A stretch of DNA of 64,000 bases, taken from the NCBI RefSeq assembly GCF_006345805.1, contig NC_043012.1:4278001-4342000 (forward strand), read 5' to 3'. The translations under genes and the position numbers were made by a program. This stretch comes from Octopus sinensis (Eukaryota). Under the pieces are notes generated by a model. That model ran no database searches. It saw only the letters and a list, made by a program, of their open reading frames with translations, and had not been told where the DNA came from. This document shows, piece after piece, positions 13,763-26,350 of the stretch (position 1 is the stretch's first letter; each line of letters begins with the position of its first letter).

Positions 13763-14040
13763 ACGGGCTTCTTTCAGTTTCCATCTACCAAATCCACTTA
13801 CAAGGCTTTGGTTGGCCCGAGGTTATAGTAGAAGACACTTGCCCAAGGTGCCACACAGTGGCACTGAACTCGGAACCATGTGGTTCGTAAGCAAGCTACT
13901 TACCACACACCCACTCTTATGCCTATGTAGCACAAACTTTTACAGGTGCCTTCACCTTTGAAAACTTCATTGACAGTCAAGCAATGATTTTCACAAATCC
14001 CTGCATGCTTTTTTTTTTGTAATTTGGCTATTTTGCTGCA
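13165..14040 (-). mobile_element. Tc1/mariner transposase remnant split by a SINE (13453-13925)
   Basis: ENHCLTVNEV (HTH region) at ~13930-14030, then TVEQKERL..KILDHLNTGEIFMGRVLTGDEMW..SPNRKVI (first catalytic D motif, TGDE.W) at 13170-13430. Confidence 0.75.
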
Positions 14041-14104
14041 TTGCTATTGAAGACAGCAAACTGGCAGAATCATTACTGAACCAGACAAAAATGCTTCTCA
14101 GCAT

Positions 14105-14345
14105 TCTTTCATTATTTACATTGTTTACATTTGACGGATATTTGTCATCTTGTTTGTTGTTAACTCAATGTTGTGGCTGATATACCTTAGGAATGAGAAC
14201 CCAGGTTTGAAATTTCCCCAAGATACCTGATGAAGGCTGGAGGGTATATAAGCTGAAACGTGTTAACAATAAACAAGATGATGACAAATATCCGTCAAAT
14301 GCAGATAATGTAAATAATGTAAATAATTCCTCATCTCTTAAATAT
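14105..14345 (+). mobile_element. Penelope-like terminal repeat element with inverted arms and a degenerate hammerhead core
   Basis: Inverted arms ACATTTGACGGATATTTGTCATCTTGTTT / AAACAAGATGATGACAAATATCCGTCAAATG flank CTGATGA-A-GGCT..AGCT-GAAAC (14227-14259). Confidence 0.6.
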
Positions 14346-14969
14346 AGAACAGTAGTATTCTTTCAGTTGTAGATTCTGGGTTCAAACTCCATCAAGAGTA
14401 ACTTTGCCTTTCAGCTTCTTGGGGTTGATAAAATAAGTACCAATTGAATACTAGGGTTGATGTAATCAACTTGCTCTCTCACCAAAATTCTAGATTTTGT
14501 GCCTATGGTAGAAAGGAATATTTCACTGCTCGTAAAAGTTGTTCAGAATTGGGTCCTCTTTGTAGGATGCTCTTCCAATTTGAAACTCTGGTACTACTTG
14601 CAGTATTGTGTACAGCCCCCACAAAATCCTTTTGGAACATAAGTTCCCATAAAAGATAGCCTTAAATTTGAAATAGACTTTCACATGAATGCAGAGCTCT
14701 TCCAAACCATTTATTATTCCACATGTGAGGAATTGCCATGTGCACTAAACATACACTCATTCTAGGAAGTGTAGGTTGATGGACTAACGAACATGGTAAA
14801 ATGTAGCTCATATCGACTAAAGGTCAAGGAAATCTATATGCTGTACACTCTACGGAAGCTCTGAGCATATTTTGTTGACTGAATGAGATGCAGTGTTAAA
14901 AGGTCATCTTCTTTTTAAATAGATAACACACGCGCGCATGCACACACCCACACACATAAATGTATGTGT

Positions 14970-15665
14970 GGTCATCCCATAAATAATGTGGTTCTTTTTA
15001 TTTTTTTTTTTATTTTTCAAAATTAAGATAAAAAAATTTTTCTTTTTTTAAATCTAAAATATACTCTCCTTCGTTTTCTACAATGCTCTTCCGTCTATCT
15101 GGTAGACTTGCAAGGCACCTCTTCCAAAATTCACTTGTCCATAATGAAAAATGCTCCTCCAGTACTGTTCTGACTTTGTATACAGAATTCATATCTTTTC
15201 TGTCCAAATGATTTTAAATAAATGATAATCAGATGGGGCAATGTCCAGTGAATATGGTGAGTGGGGTATCGTTTCCCATTCAAACTGCTCCAGCTTTTGG
15301 AATGTCATCCTTGTTGTATGAGGCCGATGGGAGAATACCTTTCATCTTGAAACCAAAGATGGTCGTTTTCCTTCTAGCACTGACTTAAGCCACTCAAGCT
15401 ACATGCAGTCGATCTCCTTTGTTAACATTTGGTTTGGGATTAAAAGTTCAAAGTGGACTAAACCTTTCATATCCCACCAAACAGATAACAACATCTTATG
15501 TGGGTGAAGACCTTCTTTAGCCTGGGGTGCTGGTATTTATGCTTTCCCTACCCACTGTCTTCAGCACTTGATATCTTTATAGAGAACCCATTTCTTATCA
15601 CCAGTCACTTTTCGATCCCAAAAAGGCTCATTCATCAGACATGACAACAAAAAAGAGCACAAACA
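14970..15665 (-). mobile_element. Mariner (DD34D-type) transposase remnant, 3' half with TIR-like end
   Basis: EPFWDRKVTGDKKWVLY..LHPHKMLLSVWWDMKGLVHFELL..IPHSPYSLDIAPSDYHLF..EFWKRCLASLPDRRKSIVENEGEYILD; multiple stops. Confidence 0.92.
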
Positions 15666-16339
15666 GCCAGTTTCTACATTGTAAGGCTGAACCTGGAATC
15701 AAACTTCTTACCACAGCACCATGCCAGCACCTATATATATATATATATTCGCAAATTCGATGACTGGCACCAATGTCAGTGGAGTGCTAAGAGCACTATC
15801 CGAGTGTGATTGCTGCCAGAGCAGCAGACTGGCTTCTGTGCCAGTGGCACATAACAGGCACCATTCAAAAGCTTTGTGAATAGTTTTGGAAGATGAAACA
15901 TGAAAGAGATTTGTTGCATATGTATAAATTTGTGTGTGTGTGCATGCATGTGTGCAGGTGTGAGTATGCATGCATGTGTGCAGGTGTGTGTGTGTGTAGG
16001 AGTACTGTCTCCTTGCCTTGAAATGGCATGATAGTTATAAAACTAGTGTCACTGTACTTACAAGCAGTGTCTGGCCATGGGGAAGTATTAACCTACTTGG
16101 AATGGAAATAGATGTGGATTGGTGGCAGGAAGGGCATTGGGCTGTATAATAAAATCTACCTGAACATATTCCAGCTGACCCATGCAAACATAGAAAATTG
16201 GACCTGCAGTTTTTAGCGATGCGATCAATATTTTTGATTCTCACGATCAGCCAACCTAATTCTGCATTTCCCTACTCACAGGTTTGAACTACTAAACATT
16301 ATTATTGCACTTCCTTAATATTTCATTCATACATTTCTA

Positions 16340-16873
16340 TACATACATACTTTTTTGAATGCCCATTACTCCGATAATTCTGCATTTTTACAGTTGCACT
16401 TTCTCCATGACAGTAGATAAATTTTTTTTTTCCACAACGTATTTGTAGTGGCTTCATGCAGGCATAGTGTGGATTCGATCCACGATTGCCAAATTTCACT
16501 TAACACTTCAACAGCACTTTTCTCACGGTAAAACAATAGTTTTTCTGTGAACGACAACTTCTCTTGCCAACCTCCGAAAACCTCTCTCGACAAGCTCTGA
16601 CAACCTCTCTAGACAACGTCCGATGACCTCTCTTGTCAACCTCCGCCAAACTCTCTCACCAACCTCCAACAATCTTTTTCGCCAACCTCCGAATACCTCT
16701 CTCCCCAACCTCCAACAATCTCTCCCTCCTCCGGCTGAAGGTTTTTGTATTTTTTCGTGACGGAAAATACACCTTTTGTGGCAGTTATAATGAAATTGCT
16801 TTCTTATATCAGAGTAAAAAGGTGTTTCAATAGAACATCTTTAACCCCGGTAATTACTGGGTACACCAGCTAG
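16340..16873 (+). mobile_element. Non-autonomous Helitron-like element (3' terminus)
   Basis: Hairpin CCCGGTAATTACTGGG (16846-16861), then CTAG (16870-16873) followed by T, the canonical Helitron 3' end; internal degenerate CCAACCTCC tandem array. The 5' end is not pinned. Confidence 0.6.
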
Positions 16874-17204
16874 TATATATATATATATATATGTATACTC
16901 ATGCAGTATTACACATCCACTTGAACATATACACACCAACATACCCACACATTGTTAGTCTATCAGCCTGTGATGTATGTATGTATGTCAACATCAACTG
17001 AGATAAGGCCTGTACAACAAATATACTTAATTTGTTTTCTTTGTATTAAGCATGAATAACTCCCAATATTAAAATTATCTCTCTGTCCACATCTATGCAT
17101 GTACATTATTCTCTTGTACATAGCATGATTGCCCTTCATGATTACAGTTATATAATTAGAAATAGCTTCAATACTGAATATGATGAATAACTTAAAAGTT
17201 AGGC

Positions 17205-18105
17205 AGGAATCAGGTGTGGTGTGCAAGAGAGATGGCTGTGCTGGTATGGTCATGTGATGCATATGGATGAGGACAGCTGTGTAAAGAAGTGCTGATCTCT
17301 AACTGTGGAGGGAATCTGTGGTAGAGGTAGACCTAGGAAGACATGGGATGAGGTGGTGAAGCATGATCTTTGAACTTTAAGCCTCACGTAGGCAATGACT
17401 GGTGACTGAGACCTTTGGCGATGTACTGTGCTTGAGAGGCCCTGTCAAGCCAAGTACATCCATGCTGGTGGTATGTAAAGAACACCTTTTGAATGTTGGG
17501 CCTCATAGAGGCAAAGTAGCTGAGTTCCTGTCAAGCATTGGGCCTGACAGAGGTAAAGTGGCTGAGTTCTTTTCAAGCATTGGGCCTGACAGAGGCAAAG
17601 TGGCTGAGTTCCTGTCAAGCATTGGGCCTGACAGAGCTAAAGTGGTTGAATTCTTTTCAAGCATTGGGCCTGACGGAGGCAAAGTGGCTGAGTTCCTTCT
17701 GAGCATTGGGCCTGACAGAGACAAAGTGGCTGAGTTCCTCTTGAGTGTTGGGCCTCACAGAGGCAATGACCGAAACCTTTGGCATTATTTCGTGCTTAAG
17801 AAGAAGACCCATCAAACTGAGCAAAACCACAATCATGACAGATACTGATATCATGCAAATTGGCACATGTGCCAGTATCATGTAAATGCACACCGGTGTC
17901 ACACAAATGGCTCCCGTGCTGGTGGTATATAAAGGCACCCATTACACTCTTGGAGTGGTTGGCATTAGGAAGGGCATTCTGCTGTAGAAAACCATGCCAA
18001 ATCAGACTGGAGTCTGGTGCATCCTTCCCACGTGCCAGCCCAGTCAAATCATCCAACCCATGCCAACATCGATAACAGATGTTAAATGATGATGATGATG
18101 ATGAA
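17205..18105 (+). mobile_element. RTE LINE 3' portion (ORF2 end, 3' UTR, (GAT)n tail)
   Basis: Degenerate RCGVQER..WYGHV..MDEDSCVKKC..VEGICGRGRPRKTWDEVVKHDL, then the 3' UTR module and tail. Confidence 0.88.
17497..17766 (+). repeat. 42-bp minisatellite inside the RTE 3' region (6 full units plus a partial)
   Basis: TGGGCCT starts at 17497, 17539, 17581, 17623, 17665, 17707 and 17749, an exact 42-nt period. Confidence 0.95.
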
Positions 18106-18169
18106 CTTAGCCATATCAATGTCTCATGAATTAAACATACTATCACTTAACTGTAACTTTTTCATGCAG

Positions 18170-18240
18170 ATGGACTCTCTGAATTATTTATTTTCTGAGC
18201 ACCAACAAATATACTTTGTGATTCCTTTATTTCTACTTCA
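18170..18240 (+). CDS. Candidate internal exon (MDSLNYLFSEHQQIYFVIPLFLL; phase 0 to 2)
   Basis: Acceptor aactttttcatgcag|, donor CA|GTAAGT and only one open frame, in unique sequence. No recognised homology. Confidence 0.35.
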
Positions 18241-19240
18241 GTAAGTATAATGAGGTCTATGCTTCACTGATGAAGTCAGAATAAGGCTGAAATATGTTGG
18301 GAGTTTTCTTTGGTACTCCCTAAGAAAATGAAAAGAATGCTACTAGTTATTGGCTAATATTGTTCTTTCTTTTTTTTTTGTCACTATGTTATTTTTTAAA
18401 TTCACCTGTATAGCTCTCTGAACCCCCCCACACACACACATCTGAATCCACCTGCCTGCTTGTCTGCATTTATGCTTGCCTGCCTTCTTGCCTGCCTTTC
18501 CTGCCTGCTTGTCAGCCTGTCTGCCTGTTTGCCTGCTTTTCAACTCACCTACTCCTAGGTTTACCTATCTACCTACTTCACTGCCAATCTATCTAACTTC
18601 CTGCATGGTTTTTCATTCCTTATTTCTAACACACACACACACACACACACACACACCACATGTGAGTGTATTTGTGTCTGTGTCTGTGTATATGTATATA
18701 CTTATACACACACACACACACCACACACACACACACACACACACGTCTCTACTGTTTCCTTTCTACCAAGTTTCATTCACAAGGCTTTGTTTGATCTGGA
18801 ACTGAGGTAGAGTGGGATTGAACCAACATCACATTCTGGTTTGCATGACATCACTGAAGTTTGCAGGACATCACTGACTCTCCGCTTCCAGCCAACCTCA
18901 ACACCCTCACACACACACACACACACAATTTATCAAACCATGCCGGCTCTCATCGTTATTTACTTATCTCAAGTGTTTCAACGGTGAAAGAACTAGAATT
19001 TCACCATGTCTTTATTGGGCAAAGAAAAACATCTTATTTTATTTTTATCTAGGTTAATGTATTGCCAAGTTATTAAAAATGTCTGTCTCTTTTTCTTCTA
19101 ACAAACATAAGGTTACAAGCAACATAGAGAGCAAGTACGGCAAATGAAGCTAAAGAAAAATAGGTTAGAGAGACTTTTAAATAAGTTTAAACAAACATGT
19201 TATGGAAGAGCAAAACTGCAACAAAAAAAGAGCTTATTAA

Positions 19241-19450
19241 CTCTTTCGTTGCTGTATTTATTTTGAGATGCTCTGTGTTTCTTTCAATTACTCTAAATAT
19301 AACAAAGAATTTAGTAAAATAATTTATTTATCATTCGGCTAGTGTTAGGAACATAAATTGTGACTAAGGTTTGGTGGAAGATTTTAATTCGAAACCTATG
19401 AAAACAAGACATTTGTACTCAGAACCAGAGCCAGGTTGGTAACAAAAGGG
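19241..19450. mobile_element. piggyBac-like MITE with TTAA target duplication
   Basis: TTAA|CTCTTTCGTTGC...GTAACAAAAGGG|TTAA; a related copy in opposite orientation is at 26808-27030. Confidence 0.7.
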
Positions 19451-19669
19451 TTAAATATTAAAAAAAAGCCCTAACTAATTACAGGATGTAAAAAATGAAA
19501 TTCTTTATGAAAAACAGAAATAAAATGCAAAGATATTACATGTAAGAGACAATAAAATAATATTCATAAAATGGGAAGCAAGAAAATTAGGCTTAAATTA
19601 AATCAGGTGCCTGTGGGTGCATTGCACTTGCGAGCCCATTCTATTGCATCCACAGGATGGTATTCTTCA

Positions 19670-20642
19670 TCATCATCATCATCATCATCATCGTTTAACA
19701 TCCGTTCTCCATGCTAGCATGGGTTGGACGGTTTGACCGGGGTTCTGGGAAGCCAGAAGGCTGCACCAGGCTCCAGTCTAATCTGGCAATGTTTCTACAG
19801 CTGGATGCCCTTCCTAACGCCAACCACTCCGTGAGTGTAGTAGGTGCTTTTTACGTGCCACCTGCACAGGTGCCAGGCGAGGCTGGCAACGGCCACGGTC
19901 GGATTGGTGTATTTTATGTGCCACCGGCACGGAAGCCAGTCGAGGCGGTGCTGGCATCGGCCACGAGTCAGATAGTACTTTTTACGTACCACCAGACCAG
20001 GGATCCTGGCTGGTTCAATTCGATTTCGATTTCGCTTGCCCCAACATGTCTTCACAAGCAAAGGGGGTTGGCATGGGTGCCTGTCGTACGGTTGGATTGG
20101 AGTATTTTATGTGCCACCGGCACGGAAGCCAGTCGAAGCGGCGCTGGCATCGGCCACGAGTCGGATAGTGCTTTTTACGTACCACCAGACCAGGGATCCT
20201 GGCTGGTTCAATTCGGTTTCGATTTCGATTTCGCTTGCCCCAACATGTCTTCGCAAGCAGGGGGGGTTGGCATGGGTGTCTGTCGTCGGATGAGGTTCTA
20301 TATCGACTTCGCTTGCCTCAACAGGTCTTTGTGTCCAAGGGAGGAAAGGCATTCATAAGTGGGCTGGGCTCACTTGTCCTGCCTGGTCTTCTCACGTACA
20401 GAATATTTCCAAAGGTCTCGGTCGCTGGTCATTTCCTCAGTGAGGCCTAAAGTTCGAAGGTCGTGCTTCACCACCTCGTCCCAGGTTTTCCTGGGTCTAC
20501 CTCTTCCACGGGTTCCCTCAACTGCTAGGGATTGGCACTTTCTCACACACCTATCTTCATCCATTCTCGCCACATGACCATACCAGCGCAATCATCTCTC
20601 TTGCACACCACAACTGATGCTTCTTAGGTACAACATTTCTCT
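19670..20642 (-). mobile_element. RTE LINE 3' portion, relatively young
   Basis: RWYGHVARMDEDRCVRKCQSLAVEGTRGRGRPRKTWDEVVKHDLRTLGLTEEMTSDRDLW, plus a UTR containing a ~195-bp internal duplication and a (GAT)n tail. Related copies at 29255-29935(-) and 39245-39660(+). Confidence 0.92.
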
Positions 20643-23013
20643 CTTGTATGTGCAAAATATAGTAAATTTTTCAATTATAAAATTTATACAATATTCGTAT
20701 GCCTATTTGCAACAATAGGTCGTGTTTCCACTACGACTTAAAATGGTTAGACTTGAACAGAAAATCGTCCGGTAATTGCCATTTGAATGGAAATTTTGTT
20801 TCCACTATAAAACACATATTGCTAGGTTTGTACCATCCCCTTGAGACCCAAAAACACTCTAACTGAAAAATATAGAATACCTCATAAGTAATATAAACGT
20901 CCTAAATTCAGTGGCGGCATTAATGAAAATGTTACGTGTTAATACCTGGCATACATAAACACATATATGTATAAAATGCCCCATTTGGAAATGAAATATT
21001 GAGGATGTTTGTTTAGTCAATGTTGTTATGATGCTACAGTTAGAAATATAGCAAAATCAGTGATTAACCGGGATATAAAAATATAAAATAAAATATGGAA
21101 ATCTGAGTGAATGACTTTGTTCTGTTTCGCTTATGGAATAAATTAGATATTTGTTTGTTAGACTTTTTACTTAGTACGTTGTGTATTTTTAAGTATATTT
21201 ACATTGTTTAAAGAACATGACCTTTGTGTTGATCTTAATAATAATAATAACAATGATGATGATGATGAGAATGATGATGCCAACGACGATGACGATAATG
21301 ATGATGATTATGGTTTCGAATTTCGGCACAGGGCTAACAATTTAAGGGGAGGAGGTAAATAAATTATACCACCCCCAGTATTGCACTGGTATATATTATA
21401 TCAACCCTGAAAGGAGGAAAGACAAAGTTGACCCGAGTGGAATCTGAACTCAGAACATAGAGAGCCATACACATTCGCTAGCTTTCTTACAAAGGGGTCT
21501 AATGCTCTTAGCTTAGCCTTTTTTGGGGACAACCAGATCGAACCATCTCAAGTGTAACTGTCCGAAATGGTTGTGACTTCTGGAACTTGACTGATGAAAG
21601 AAAGCCAAGAATAACCCGTCTTTTTTTGCCTGTCCTTCTAATTGTTCTTTCTCTTGTCCACCTTTGTATCGTCTATCTGTCCAAATGTTTTAATGCCCTC
21701 TATTGTGTTTTTGTTCCATTTTTATATTTATATGTATGCATATATGTATGTATACATCATCATCATCATCATCATCATCATCGTTTAATGTCAGCCTTCC
21801 ATGCTAGCATGGGTTGGATGATTCAACTGAGGACAGGTGAACCAGATGGCCGCACCAGGCTCCAATCTTGATCTGGCAGAGTTTCTACAGCTGGATGCCC
21901 TTCCTAACGCCAACCACTCTGAGAGTGCAGTGGGTGCTTTTTACGTGCCACCGGCACGGGGTCAGTCAGGCGGTACTGGCAATGACCTCATTCGAATCTT
22001 TTTACACATGCCACCAGCACAGATATATATATATATTATTCTGTCTGGGGAGAGGCATTCTGTTTTAATGCCTTATTAATTGATACACTCAATGACTATT
22101 GAAGAGGTTGCAAGAAGCAATGAAAATTTTAGAAAAAATAAATAAGTAAATAAGTGGAAACTGAACTGGTGAGTGTGTCCATTAATAAGGCTTTAAAACA
22201 GAATGACTCACCCAGACACAATAAAATATGCTTCAACACACGAATTCACATAAAGAATCTTGCAAACCAAATACAAAAACGAAATATATATATATATATA
22301 TATATATACATGATTGACTTCTTTCTGTCAACACATATACTCAGAGAACTTTTGGTTGGTCCGGGGCTATTGTAGACGGCACTTGCCCAAGGTGCCATGC
22401 AATAGGATTGAACCCAAGATCATGTGGTTGGGAAACAAGTTTCACACTACACAGCAACACCTATGCCTATTGATAGAAGTGGTAGTAAGAGATGAATATG
22501 TAGATATACACGAATATGTGTGTGTGTGTATGCATGTATTTTAATAGATATATAGATATGTATGTGTGTGTGTGTGTGTGTGTGCATATGTATGTGTGCA
22601 TGTGTGCATGTGAGTGTGTGTGTGTGCATATGTGTGTGTGAGTGTGTGTTTGTGCATATGTGTGCGTGTGTGAGTGAGTGTGTGTGCATGCGTGTATGTG
22701 AGTGTGTGTGTATGTGCATAGGTATTGTGCATATGTGTGTGCATATGTGTGTGTGTGTGTGTGTGCATGTGTTTATTGTTGTTTTCACCTTGTCTTGCAT
22801 AATACGAAAGGTGACATATAGGTGGGATGTGTAAATAAAGCCTGTTTTGTCGTCTCTAAGACTTCATTAATTCAGTTCTTAATCATGGATTGAAATGTAA
22901 ATGAAATCATTGAGATAAAAAAGCCATAATCACGTCAGGGAGTGGAATCATTACATCAGCTTATTGGCTTTACATTTTAGTTGTGTCATGTTCTGCCCCT
23001 GTCACATGTCATT

Positions 23014-23080
<67 letters not shown>

Positions 23081-23581
23081 CATCATCATCGTTTAGCGTC
23101 TGCTTTCCATGCTAGCATGGGTTGGACATATATATATCATCATCATCATCATCGTTTAACGTCCGTTCTCCATGCTAGCATGGGTTGGACGGTTCGACCG
23201 GGGATCTGGGAAGCCAGAAGGCTGCCCCAGGCTCCGGTCTTATCTGGCAATGTTTCTACAGCTGGATGCCCTTCCTAATGCCAACCACTCCGTGAGTGTA
23301 GTGGGTGCTTTTTACGTGCCACCTGCACTGGAGCCAGGCGAGGCTGGCATCGGCCACGGTCGGATTGGTGCATTTTACATGCCACCTGCACGGAAGCCAG
23401 TCGAGGCGGCACTGGCTTCGGCCACGATTCGGATGGTGCTTTTTACGTGCCACCGACACGGAAGCCAGTCAAGGCGGCACTGGCATTGGCCACGATTCGG
23501 ATAGTGCTTTTTATGTATCTCCAGTCCAGGGGTGTATATATACATAACACACACACACACACATACATATATATATATATG

Positions 23582-23950
23582 TTATGGCTGCCCCTTCATT
23601 ATCGAGTATGGCCATTGCACGAAACTTTACTGTTACTGGTGCTGTGATCGAATGTGACTTTTTAGCCCACCTAAAGATCTACAATGTCTTGTACAAAATT
23701 GGCAACTAAAACCTTTACCGGTAATAGCCGGCTGTAGTTGTAACTGGGCTTCATGTACCTTTGCATGTCATTTAAGTCCTCCTGCCGAATTACACTCTCT
23801 TCCACATGCCTGGCAGATATGATTAGTATGGTGTGTTACACCACCACCAGTGGCCAGGTGGTCACTCATCTGTCTCGCTTTATGACTACGAAGATGACTC
23901 TTGAGTCCAGCTTTACTGAGGCAGGGTCTTGCACAGACATTGCATGTCAA
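23582..23950 (-). mobile_element. LINE (probably RTE-type) 3' end encoding three C2H2 zinc fingers
   Basis: CNVCARPCLSKAGLKSHLRSH, CQACGRECNSAGGLK*HAKVH and CQFCTRHCRSLGGLKSHIRSQH in one frame; stop at 23633-23635; short RTE-like terminal UTR running into (TA)n. Confidence 0.7.
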
Positions 23951-23960
23951 CATACATACA

Positions 23961-23991
<31 letters not shown>

Positions 23992-24002
23992 GTATATACA
24001 TA

Positions 24003-24223
24003 TATGATGGGGTGTTCAAAAATTTTGGGATTTAAGGGTATTGTGAAAGGCCTGGTTGGAGGCCCAACCTTCCGATTTCTTTTTACAGGGCTTAGAAGAG
24101 CTGAAGGACCGCTTCAATAAGTGTGTGAATCTGAGAGGGGAATACGTTGAATAAAATCATAATTTACTGACCTCCTGTATTTTATTTTACCCAAAGCAAT
24201 GGAACTTTCTGCACTTCCTTGTA
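24003..24223 (+). mobile_element. Internally deleted mariner derivative
   Basis: TIR-like ends TATGATGGGGTGTTCAAAAATT / AACTTTCTGCACTTCCTTGTA; encodes the mariner C-terminus QGLEELKDRFNKCVNLRGEYVE*. Confidence 0.7.
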
Positions 24224-24684
24224 TGTGTATATATGCATACACACACACTTACACATATATGCATGTATGTATATAGGTTTGGTGGTGCAAACTGGAAAAT
24301 GGATGTGCCAGCTCAACTCAAGAAACTCTCTGTCTTTGAGTCACTCTGTAACTTTTGCTGATTATTAATAAGAAACGTATATGTTTCCAAATGCTTAGGA
24401 GTGGCTGTGTGGTAAGTACCTTGCTTACCAACCACATGGTCCCAGGTTCAGTCCCACTATGTGGCACCTTAAGCAATTGTCTTCTACTATAGCCTCGGAC
24501 CGACCAAAGCCATGTGAGTGGATTTGGTAGACGGAAACTGAAAGAACCCCGTCGTATATATGTATGTGTATATAATATATTATATATATATATAATATAT
24601 ATATATATAATATATATAATATCTATATATAATTAATATATATATATATATATAATATATATAATATATATAATATATATATAT

Positions 24685-24727
<43 letters not shown>

Positions 24728-25303
24728 AGATATATATATATATAATATATATGCATGTGTATATATGTTTCTGTGTCTGTGTTTGTCCCCACAACATCAC
24801 TTGACAACTGATGCTGGTGTGTTTACGTCCCCCGTAACTTAGCGGTTCGGCCAAAGAGACGTATAGAGTAAGTACTAGGCTTACATAGAATAAGTCCTGG
24901 GATCGATTTGCTCGACTAAAAGGCAGTGCCCCAGCATGGCCACAGTCAAATGACTGAAACAAGTAAAGAAAAGAAGTAAACTAACAAACATAACGAGTGG
25001 ATTTGGTAGACGGAAACTGAAAGAAGCCTGTCGTATAATATATATATATATATGTATGTATGTGTGTGTTTGTGTTTGTCCCCCTAGCATTGCTTGACAA
25101 ACGATGCTGGTGTGCTTATGTCCCCGTTACTTAGGGTTCGGCAAAAGAGACCGATAGAATAAGTACTAAAAGGCGGTGCTCCAGCATGGCCGCAGTCAAA
25201 TGACTGAAACAAGTAAAAGAGTAAAAGAGAGAGAGAGAGTATAACAAAGTGGATCAATTCTAAGCAATCAAAATGTTGGTCAACTCATACTTCTCTCTGC
25301 CTC

Positions 25304-25354
<51 letters not shown>

Positions 25355-25485
25355 GTTTCTGTCTGTCTCTCTTTCTCCCTTTCTCTGGCTTTCTCTGCTT
25401 TGAAAAGTATGTCCCCTTCCTTTGTTTCATTTACTCCCACTGTTCCTCTTATCCTGTCTAACTCTGTCTTTTGCATTCACTCCAC

Positions 25486-26350
25486 CTTCCATTTCCTTCC
25501 TTCCTTCTCTCTTCCTCTCACCCCTTCCTTCTCTTTCTTTCTTCCTTCCTCCCACCCTTCCTTATCTCTTTTCTTTCTTCCTTTCTTCCTTTCTTTCTTT
25601 CTTCCTTCCTTCCTTCCTTCTTCCTTCCTTCCTTCCTTCCTTCCTCCCTTCCTTCTCTCTCTTCCTCTCACTCCTTACTTCTCTTTCTTTCTTCCTTCCT
25701 CCCACCCTTCCTTCTCTCTTTTCTTTCTTCCTTTCTTTCTTTCTTTCTTCCTTCTTCCTTCCTTCCTTCCTCCCTTCCTTCTCTCTCTTTCTCTCACCCC
25801 TTACTTCTCTTCTCTTTCCTTCCTCCCACATTCCTTCTCTCTTTCTTCTCCTTTCTTCCTTTCTTCTTTTTCCTCCTCCTTCCTTCCTCTTCTCTTCCTT
25901 CCTTCCTCCTCCTTCTTCTCTTCCTATCACTCCTACTTCTCTTTCTCTTCCTTCCTCCCACCTTCCGTTCTCTCTTTCCTTTCTCCTTCTTTCTTTCTTC
26001 TTCCTTCCTTCCTTCCTTCCTCTTCTTTCCTCCTCCCTTCCTTCTCTCTCTTCCTCTCACTCCTTACTTCTCTTTCTTTCTTCCTTCCTCCCACCCTTCC
26101 TTCTCTCTTTTCTTTCTTCCTTTCTTTCTTTCTTTCTTCCTTCCTTCCTTCCTTCCTTCCTTCCCTCCTCCCTTCCTTCTCTCTCTTCCTCTCACCCCTT
26201 ACTTCTCTTTCTTTCTTCCTTCCTCCCACCATTCCTTCTCTCTTTTCTTTCTTTCTTTCTTTCTTTCTTCCTTTGTTTCTTTCTCCCCCCCTCCTTCCTT
26301 CCTTCCTTCCTTCCTTCCTTTCTTCACCTTCCCTACTCCCCCCCACTCTC
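25486..26350. repeat. ~860-bp polypyrimidine/polypurine tract with higher-order repeat
   Basis: Almost only C and T on +. The landmark CTC(T)TCCTCTCAC recurs near 25509, 25660, 25786, 25919, 26050 and 26185. Confidence 0.92.

Noticed and set aside
17497-17766. Regularly spaced repeats as a CRISPR array, or ORF 17402-17848 as a repeat protein
   Set aside because: Units are contiguous with no unique spacers, there are no cas genes, and the array is embedded in an RTE LINE.
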